A stretch of 33,514 nucleotides of DNA from Gemmatimonadota bacterium (GTDB lineage Bacteria; Gemmatimonadota; Gemmatimonadetes; JACCXV01; JAHWKZ01), in contig JBDHIC010000018.1 of NCBI GenBank assembly GCA_039589035.1, positions 1 through 33,514 of the forward strand. The letters run 5' to 3'. Numbering within the stretch: position 1 is the stretch's first letter; the number at the start of each line of letters is the position of its first letter. The translations under genes were made by a program, and so were the position numbers. A model generated the notes under the pieces. That model made no database searches and was not told the DNA's origin. It worked only from the letters and a program-made list of their open reading frames with translations. Below, piece by piece: positions 27,725 through 33,514 of the stretch.

Positions 27725-28591
27725 TTGAGCCAGCAAGAGAGCCCCATGATCACGATCGTAACGCCCACCTACAACAGCGTTCGTACGGTGCGGGATACGA
27801 TCGAGAGTGTGCTGACGCAGGACTACCCAAACCTCGAGCATATCGTGATGGATGGCGGGTCCACAGACGGTACCCTCGATATTTTGGCAGACTATCCGCA
27901 TCTCACGTGGGAATCCGAGAAGGACGAGGGACACTACCACGCAATGCAAAAGGGCGCCGAGCTGGCGACCGGGGACGTGCTCGCGATCCTCAACTCGGAC
28001 GATTGTTACCGACCTGGAACACTTCACAAGGTCGCCGCTGCCTTTGATGCCCACCCCGAGTGGGACGCTCTTTTTGGTGACATTCGGTTCGTCGATTCGG
28101 ACGGAAATGAGATCTATCGACGGGAAGAAGCCAAGTACGACTATGATGTTCTCCGTTTCGGGGTCAATATCGTGAGCGACCAGACGCTGTTCTATCGACA
28201 AGAGACGTTTCATCGGGTCGGTGGATTGCGGTACGAGAAGTTCCGCAACTGTTGCGATTACGATATGGTCCTGCGCTTGGGCAAAAACGGCTTCAGGGTC
28301 GGTCACGTCAACGCAATCTTCACTAACTACCGAGTTCATGAGTTCGGACAGACTGCCGATAAGCGAATCGCCGAGAACATGCGCAGAGAAGTGAGACTTA
28401 TAAGAGATGAACATGGAGTGCCGCACGGGTTTCCGTATTACATCCTGATGGTTAGCCACAAGATCAAGCGGCAGTTGCAGAAGCTCTTCCTGCGGGGCAA
28501 GGTCGATCTCGTTTCGGGTCGCTGGAAACTCCGAAAGCACATGCGAGACCAAACGACGTTCTCTTCCAACGTGGGTCTTGACGAGCTGTAG
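27725..28591 (+). CDS. Family 2 glycosyltransferase (WcaE-like)
   Basis: Motifs ITIVTPTYNS, IESVLTQDYP, DGGSTDGT, SEKDEG, LNSDD and DYD. Start is TTG 27725 or ATG 27746. Confidence 0.92.
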   Translation: MSQQESPMITIVTPTYNSVRTVRDTIESVLTQDYPNLEHIVMDGGSTDGTLDILADYPHLTWESEKDEGHYHAMQKGAELATGDVLAILNSDDCYRPGTLHKVAAAFDAHPEWDALFGDIRFVDSDGNEIYRREEAKYDYDVLRFGVNIVSDQTLFYRQETFHRVGGLRYEKFRNCCDYDMVLRLGKNGFRVGHVNAIFTNYRVHEFGQTADKRIAENMRREVRLIRDEHGVPHGFPYYILMVSHKIKRQLQKLFLRGKVDLVSGRWKLRKHMRDQTTFSSNVGLDEL

Positions 28592-28627
28592 GTCACGGCG
28601 CGTACGTTCAACGCGCCACACGGGTAT

Positions 28628-28704
28628 GGGCGCATAGCTCAGGGGTTCAGAGCACCTGCCTTACAAGCAGGGGGTCCGTGGTTCGAATCCACGTGCGCCC
28701 ACCA
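28628..28704 (+). tRNA. tRNA-Val(TAC), intact, CCA encoded
   Basis: Acceptor GGGCGCA/TGCGCCC, D-stem GCTC/GAGC, anticodon stem CCTGC/GCAGG with loop CTTACAA, T-arm CGTGG-TTCGAAT-CCACG and ACCA end. Confidence 0.97.
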
Positions 28705-28783
28705 GTAATAAGCACAAGCAGAACATGCGGTTGGGGAAAATCGGCAGAAACGCCGGAGTAGGGGGGTGTGCTAGTAAGTGTGC

Positions 28784-29191
28784 AGCATCGCGTCGGCGGT
28801 CGGATTCATCGCCCTCGCCGGTGTAGCAACCGAGATCGGCGTCGTGATGCTCGTCTATCTAGATGAAGCACACGAGCGACATCGCCGTGACGGGCGTCTG
28901 CGGGATACGGCCGACGTCATCGATGCCGTGCAGGAGGGAGCGGGGGAGCGGGTGAGGCCGGTCATGATGACGGTCGTCGCCGATATAGGCGGTCTGTTGC
29001 CGATTCTCTGGGGCCACGGCACGGGCGCCAGCGTGATGCAGCGCATCGCCGCACCTATGGTGGGTGGAATGTTGTCCGCCACCGTGCTGGTGCTGCTCGT
29101 GGTTCCGACGCTTTACTCCGTCTGGAAGGAGCGACAGTTGCGAGGATCGATGGGGGTTGGCGCGCCCTCATCGTCAACTGAAGGGGTGTAA
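28784..29191 (+). pseudogene. C-terminal fragment (last about 135 aa) of a CusA/SilA-type heavy-metal RND pump
   Basis: Motifs SIASAVGFIALAGVATEIGVVMLVYL, ERVRPVMMT, GLLPILWGHGTGASVMQRIAAPMVGG; the family is about 1040 aa and the rest is absent. Confidence 0.9.
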
Positions 29192-29194
29192 CGA

Positions 29195-30121
29195 ATGAGT
29201 AGCCAGCACATGGGACACGGGATGGCAGGGCATGCCGCGGTCAATGCGCGAGCGTTGAGAGTCTCCGCGTGGCTTACCGGGGTCTACTTCGTCGTCGAGC
29301 TGCTGATCGGCCTGTATACCGGGTCGGTGGCCGTTATTTCCGACGCCATGCACACGTTCTCGGCCGTTGGAGGAGTGGTGCTGGCGATCGTCGCGGCTCG
29401 GATCGCCAGACGCCCGGCCGACGAGCGCCGCACGTTCGGATCGTTCCGGGCGGAGATCATCGGTGCGCTCCTGAACGGCGTCTTTCTGTTCGTGATGGCG
29501 ATTGTCGTACTCGTAATGGGATACCTGCGCCTACGGGCGCCGATACACCTGCCAACCACTCCGATGCTCTTCGCTGCCGCGGGCGGCATCATCACGGAGT
29601 TGATCTCGATCCGACTCCTCTACGCGGGCCAGAAAGGGGATCTCAACATCAAGGGGGCTTTCTGGCACATCGTCCAGACGTTCGTGGGCAGTATTCTGAT
29701 CATCGTGGCCGCGCTCGTGATCCGGCTGACCGGGTTTCTGTCGATCGACCCGCTTCTCGGTATGGCGTTCGGTCTTGTGCTCCTGTATGCGTCCTGGGGG
29801 ATCATGCGTGACGCCGTAGGAATCCTCATGGAAGGCGTGCCTCCTGATCTCGAGGTGCGGAGCGTAGTCGATCGGCTCAAAGAGCTGAGCAAAGTCGACG
29901 ACGTTCATCACGTCCACGCGTGGATCCTGACGTCCAACAAGACGGTTTTCTCAGCGCACCTCAGGACCGACGACATCGCTGCGGCTCCGGATGTGCTCGA
30001 TGCCGCCCACGATCTGTTGCGACGGGAGTTCGGATTCCATTTGTCCACGCTGCAGGTAGAGACGAGATGCCTTGACGAAGATCACGCGAGGGATCTCGAC
30101 TTTCTCAGACGGGGGGAGTGA
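29195..30121 (+). CDS. Cation diffusion facilitator (CzcD/ZitB-like) transporter
   Basis: His-containing N-terminus, SDAMH, RTFGSFRAEIIGALLNG, DLNIKGAFWH, ILMEGVP, VHHVHAW and TLQVE. Confidence 0.92.
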   Translation: MSSQHMGHGMAGHAAVNARALRVSAWLTGVYFVVELLIGLYTGSVAVISDAMHTFSAVGGVVLAIVAARIARRPADERRTFGSFRAEIIGALLNGVFLFVMAIVVLVMGYLRLRAPIHLPTTPMLFAAAGGIITELISIRLLYAGQKGDLNIKGAFWHIVQTFVGSILIIVAALVIRLTGFLSIDPLLGMAFGLVLLYASWGIMRDAVGILMEGVPPDLEVRSVVDRLKELSKVDDVHHVHAWILTSNKTVFSAHLRTDDIAAAPDVLDAAHDLLRREFGFHLSTLQVETRCLDEDHARDLDFLRRGE

Positions 30122-30149
30122 CGGACGGAGAATCGTCTCCCCTGACCGC

Positions 30150-30198
30150 GCTTGACATGCAGGAGGTCACGGGTTCGAATCCAGTGCCGCCCGCCATA
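30150..30198 (+). repeat. 3' half of a tRNA-Val(GAC), copy 1 (att-like, two substitutions relative to copy 2)
   Basis: GCTTGACATGCAGGAGGTCACGGGTTCGAATCCAGTGCCGCCCGCCATA; 47 of 49 nt identical to 32666-32714; no 5' half upstream. Confidence 0.92.
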
Positions 30199-30202
30199 AC
30201 AA

Positions 30203-31198
30203 TCAGCAAGGTCTTGCCACGACGATGCTAAGCGGCGAAGTGGTGGGGACGATCTCCTCGACCGCAAAGCCAGCCTGATGCAGCAAGTCGCGAAATTCGG
30301 CCGCCGTACGTTCCTGCCCTGCGGCCATCACCATCATGTTCAAGTCCATCCACTTGCCCATGTCGAATTCGGGCGTCTCCGGGATCACCGACTCCACTAC
30401 CATGAGCCGAGCGTCTGGTTTCGCGACCTTTCGCACGTTGCTCAGAAGGGCGATCGATTCCTCATCCGACCAATCGTGAAGAATCCAGCGCATCACGTAG
30501 GCATCAGCTTGGACGGAAACTTCCTCAAAAAAATCTCCGCCGACACGCTCGACCCGACCATCCTCCGGCGCGTGCGCAACGACCGCCGGCAGATCAAAAA
30601 GAATGCCCTGGCAAGAAGGATGCGAGTCTAGGATGCTCAACAGTTGCGATCCTATTCCACCCCCGAGATCGGCGATCACAGGGTATCGGCTCCAATCGAA
30701 GGCCTCAGCCACTGCCGGACTGATCGAGGCACTCAGGTCCCGCATCGCCTCGTTGAAAATCGTGTAGGTCTGAGGCTTCGATTGCATGTGCTCCCAAATG
30801 CTCTGGCCCGTCACCTGATCGAAGCCTGGACGACCATTTTTCAGGGACAGCATCAATCCTCGCCACCCCTCGAATACCGGAGCTCCGGCACAGAGCGTAA
30901 TTCGAATCCAAGCCCAATTTGAGCCCGGCAGTCTGCGACGGAGACATTCACTCGCGGGTGTGTTGCCGAATACTCCGGGCGATGTCTGAGTGAATATCCC
31001 GGTGCTCTCCAGGGCCCGCAGCATCCGAAACAGGCTCGGTCCGTGGGTATCGGTGCGTTCCGCAAGAACGTCAATGTGTAACGGGCCATCGGCCAGCACA
31101 TCGGCAAGTTCGAGTTGTGCTGCCGCACCGACGCAGCAACTCTGCCAGTGATTGTTGACGAGCCCTAGAATTTGCTCTTCAGGCGTAGCTGCGCTCAT
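30203..31198 (-). CDS. SAM-dependent O-methyltransferase (Methyltransf_2 with dimerisation domain)
   Basis: Motifs AAAQLELADVL, FNEAM, DLGGGIG, FDLP, GGDFF, ILHDW and DLNMM...ERT; GGAAGG RBS before ATG 31198. Confidence 0.93.
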   Translation of the reverse strand: MSAATPEEQILGLVNNHWQSCCVGAAAQLELADVLADGPLHIDVLAERTDTHGPSLFRMLRALESTGIFTQTSPGVFGNTPASECLRRRLPGSNWAWIRITLCAGAPVFEGWRGLMLSLKNGRPGFDQVTGQSIWEHMQSKPQTYTIFNEAMRDLSASISPAVAEAFDWSRYPVIADLGGGIGSQLLSILDSHPSCQGILFDLPAVVAHAPEDGRVERVGGDFFEEVSVQADAYVMRWILHDWSDEESIALLSNVRKVAKPDARLMVVESVIPETPEFDMGKWMDLNMMVMAAGQERTAAEFRDLLHQAGFAVEEIVPTTSPLSIVVARPC

Positions 31199-31277
31199 CG
31201 TCCAATTCCTTCCCTTGTTATGGTACCGCAGACATGTCGCCGCACGCCGTTTCCCGCGCCGTTTCCCCCGAGGCGGC

Positions 31278-32240
31278 TCATTTCGCGACCGCGTTTGGGG
31301 CTGGGGCGGAGAGCGCTGGGAGCTTGGCATCGATCTCCGGACGTGCGGACTCGAGCCACGGGGGAAGGACGAGTTTCTCGCCAAGGTGAGCGAGCTCCTC
31401 GTCGGCGGTGAAGCCCGGCCCTTCGGTGGCGAGCTCGAAGAGAACGCCACCCGGTTCCTTGAAGTAGACGGAGTGGAACCAGAAGCGGTCGATCACCGGA
31501 GTCGGTGTCACGTGCTTCTCAACCTGGGAGCGGACGTCGAGTAGCTCGGCGTCGTCCTCGACTTGGAAAGCGAGGTGATGAATCGATCCGACTCCCCAGG
31601 CTCCACGCCGGTCCATCGGGGCTTCGGTGAGGTCGAGCCACTTCCCGGAGCAACCGTCGTCGAGCACCCAACGCTCCCAGCCATGCTCGGATGCCTGTCG
31701 CCGGAACCCCAGGGCTTTCTCGAGAAAGCTCGTCGTGCCGCGTAGATCCCGCTCGCGCAGCCGGGCCCCGTCGAGGCCGCGGATCTGACGCTCGGGCGTG
31801 ACCTCGCTCTCTTCCCACGGAGTGAACGATCGACGGACGGCGGACTCGCTTTCGACGAGGGCGACGTGCATGCCGTGTGGATCCTGGAAGGGCAAGGTCC
31901 GCTCGCCGAAACGAGCGGTGACCTCGCCGACCGGAACTCCATAATGCTCGAGCCTCGCGAACCAGTAATCCAGTGTGCCGGGCGGCACCGCGAGAGAAAC
32001 CTCCGGCGCTGTGCCGTGACCGCGACGTGGCGGTGCGAGTTGTGGCCATGGGAAGAATGTCAGGTCCGTCCCCGGGCGCCCTTCGGCGTCGGCGTAGAAG
32101 AGGTGATATGTGCCGGGATCGTCCTGGTTGACGCTCTTCTTGACCAGGCGCATACCGAGCACGCCGGCGTAGAAATCGAGATTCTCCTGCGCCGGGCCCG
32201 AGATGGCGGTGACGTGGTGGAGCCCGTGAACGCTCTTTAT
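31278..32240 (-). CDS. Ring-cleaving dioxygenase / two-domain glyoxalase (MhqO-like) with ATA at the expected start
   Basis: Frame extends upstream of the called GTG to IKSVHGLHHVTAISGPAQENLDFYAGVLGMRLVKKSVNQDDPGTYHLFY; also IHHLAF, DRFWFHSVYFKEPGGVLFELAT and LPPWLE. Confidence 0.88.
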   Translation of the reverse strand: MKSVHGLHHVTAISGPAQENLDFYAGVLGMRLVKKSVNQDDPGTYHLFYADAEGRPGTDLTFFPWPQLAPPRRGHGTAPEVSLAVPPGTLDYWFARLEHYGVPVGEVTARFGERTLPFQDPHGMHVALVESESAVRRSFTPWEESEVTPERQIRGLDGARLRERDLRGTTSFLEKALGFRRQASEHGWERWVLDDGCSGKWLDLTEAPMDRRGAWGVGSIHHLAFQVEDDAELLDVRSQVEKHVTPTPVIDRFWFHSVYFKEPGGVLFELATEGPGFTADEELAHLGEKLVLPPWLESARPEIDAKLPALSAPAPNAVAK

Positions 32241-32663
32241 AGTTGTCCTTCCGGTTCGACGTTGGCCGACGGTGCCCGTTTCGGGAGCTTACTCGTTACT
32301 GCTGGCGAGTGCGAAATAGCTCGTCATGAGGCTCCGGGCTATTGAAGCAGCCGGGCTCAAGGTAGACGTTCAATTTGAGCAGTACGCTGGCGACGGCAAC
32401 GCGTCCTCATGGATAGGATCCGCGCCACTTGACGGGATAGTCCTCCTTACTATGGCTGCGATCACGCTATCAATAAGCGGCTATCGCGGTGGGAGTGGCT
32501 AGTCCCGGGCGCCCTGCCTTCTTTCGTTGCTGTGTGAGCGAGCAGATCCCACCAGTGCCAACAACAGTGACAAAATGCTTGGTTGGGCTTAGGGCTAGGC
32601 GTCGAAACAGACGTGCACTTTGTTGCCAGCTGGCGTCAGCGATTGCCAGTTGACGGTCGCCCG

Positions 32664-32714
32664 CTGCTTGACATGCAGGAGGTCACTGGTTCGAATCCAG
32701 TGCCGCCCACCATA
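32664..32714 (+). repeat. 3' half of a tRNA-Val(GAC), copy 2 (att-like)
   Basis: CTGC-TTGACAT-GCAGG-AGGTC-ACTGG-TTCGAAT-CCAGT-GCCGCCC-ACCA; perfect T-arm; no D-arm or 5' acceptor strand upstream. Confidence 0.93.
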
Positions 32715-32886
32715 TCTAACTACGAGAGAAGCAAGTGATTGGGTTGTTGCGGTCCATTCGTTTGACCGCCCAACGCGTCTTGTGGTAGGCTCGATGAGAA
32801 AGAGAACAAACTTCTCTCTGGCGAGTGGTCAAAGGAGGCTGGGTGTTTGACCCCGACGAGTTGAGGCCGAGGACAAGGCAGAGCGA

Positions 32887-33514
32887 TTGAGCATCGTTCC
32901 CGGGGCGGGAGTCAGCGAGGAGCTGCGTAGGAAACGCAAGCCGGCGCGAATTGTAGCAGCTTTGCTTGTTGGCGGGTTGGGGCTGACTCCGGCTTCGGGT
33001 GTCGCACAAACCCCGGCGGAAGGCGAACGCGTTGTCATCGAGAGCGCCGGATGGGAGCTCGTGGGCGATCTCGTACTTCCCAATTCGGCGGAGCCGCTTC
33101 CCGCCGTTCTGCTGCTCAACCAGGCGGCCGGCAACCGCACTGCCTACGCCAAGCTGGCGCAGCATTTGGCCGATCGCGGGATGGCGTCACTTCGTCTCGA
33201 CCTCCGCGGGCACGGTGAAAGCACGAACCTGGGGCGTTTCGTGCCGGGCGATAGTCTCACGGCGTCGTTTATCTGGGATTCAGAGGCGGACGTCATCGCG
33301 GCTCGCCGATATCTCGCATCCCTCGAAGCGATCGACGGGGAGCGGATCGCGATCGTCGGGGCCAGTTACAGCGGAGAGGAAATGGCAGAGGCGGGTCGGT
33401 TGACCACGTTCGCTCGAGCTTATGTGGCCTTGTCGCCTGGATCTTTTAGCGACGAGTCGATCGTGGGAATCGACACGAGCGGTATCCCCTGGCTCTTCAT
33501 CGCATCTCGGGAAG
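32887..33514 (+). CDS. Exported alpha/beta hydrolase, 3'-truncated by the window edge (not in the ORF track)
   Basis: Manual translation gives RRKRKPARIVAALLVGGLGL (signal-like), PLPAVLLLN, LRLDLRGHGES and IDGERIAIVGASYSG. Open to the end of the window; start uncertain (TTG 32887). Confidence 0.85.
   Translation, partial: MSIVPGAGVSEELRRKRKPARIVAALLVGGLGLTPASGVAQTPAEGERVVIESAGWELVGDLVLPNSAEPLPAVLLLNQAAGNRTAYAKLAQHLADRGMASLRLDLRGHGESTNLGRFVPGDSLTASFIWDSEADVIAARRYLASLEAIDGERIAIVGASYSGEEMAEAGRLTTFARAYVALSPGSFSDESIVGIDTSGIPWLFIASRE

Larger units (their letters stand above)
28705..32714. mobile_element. Degenerate tRNA-associated island(s) with no integrase in the window
   Basis: Starts right after a tRNA 3' end and contains a truncated gene, unrelated cargo genes, two att-like tRNA 3' halves and short direct-repeat pairs. 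Confidence 0.6.

Noticed and set aside
28597-28617. Hairpin GGCGCGT-N7-ACGCGCC just before the tRNA
   Set aside because: Short GC stem with no U-tract; it cannot be distinguished from chance, so it is not called a terminator.
31199-31450. 84-aa N-terminal extension of the O-methyltransferase given by the ORF track
   Set aside because: Low-complexity sequence overlapping the dioxygenase gene; a clear RBS precedes ATG 31198.
32253-32660. Integrase remnant or small gene in the gap before the second tRNA half (including the ORF at 32620-32850)
   Set aside because: I saw no tyrosine or serine recombinase motifs, only short motif-less ORFs, one of which runs through the tRNA half.
30150-32714. 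Complete tRNA-Val(GAC) genes, or a CRISPR/integron array
   Set aside because: Neither copy has a 5' acceptor strand or D-arm. Two repeats 2.5 kb apart are not a CRISPR array, and I saw no cas gene, intI or attC structure.

Overview
GC-rich bacterial chromosome segment. PurN/PurH sequence idiosyncrasies are reminiscent of Gemmatimonadota, but this is inference only. In order, the window holds: a polyphosphate pair (partial CHAD protein, ppk2), a VOC protein, an orphan HExxH protein, an alpha/beta hydrolase, a membrane left-handed-beta-helix protein, a proline dehydrogenase-gmd-fcl run, a broken class III-like alcohol dehydrogenase, DUF4389, ArsR-SRPBCC, an RND-TolC-MFP efflux operon, an Ig-like/LVIVD secreted protein, a HerA-like ATPase coupled to purN-purH, a four-gene module (membrane protein, wHTH regulator, second uppS, creD-like), a broken nucleotide-sugar dehydrogenase plus a GT2, and an intact tRNA-Val(TAC) followed by an integrase-less accessory region punctuated by two 3'-half copies of a different tRNA, Val(GAC). 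Three signals stand out. (1) The membrane-wHTH-uppS-creD module has an apparently leaderless promoter and a second copy of its putative operator over the uppS start codon. (2) The small cargo blocks after the tRNA are delimited by tRNA halves of the wrong isoacceptor and lie near period-12 repeats. (3) Four clean internal deletions remove conserved segments from adh, purH and the sugar dehydrogenase; these could be biology or an assembly artefact. All family calls come from motif recognition by eye, with no database search.
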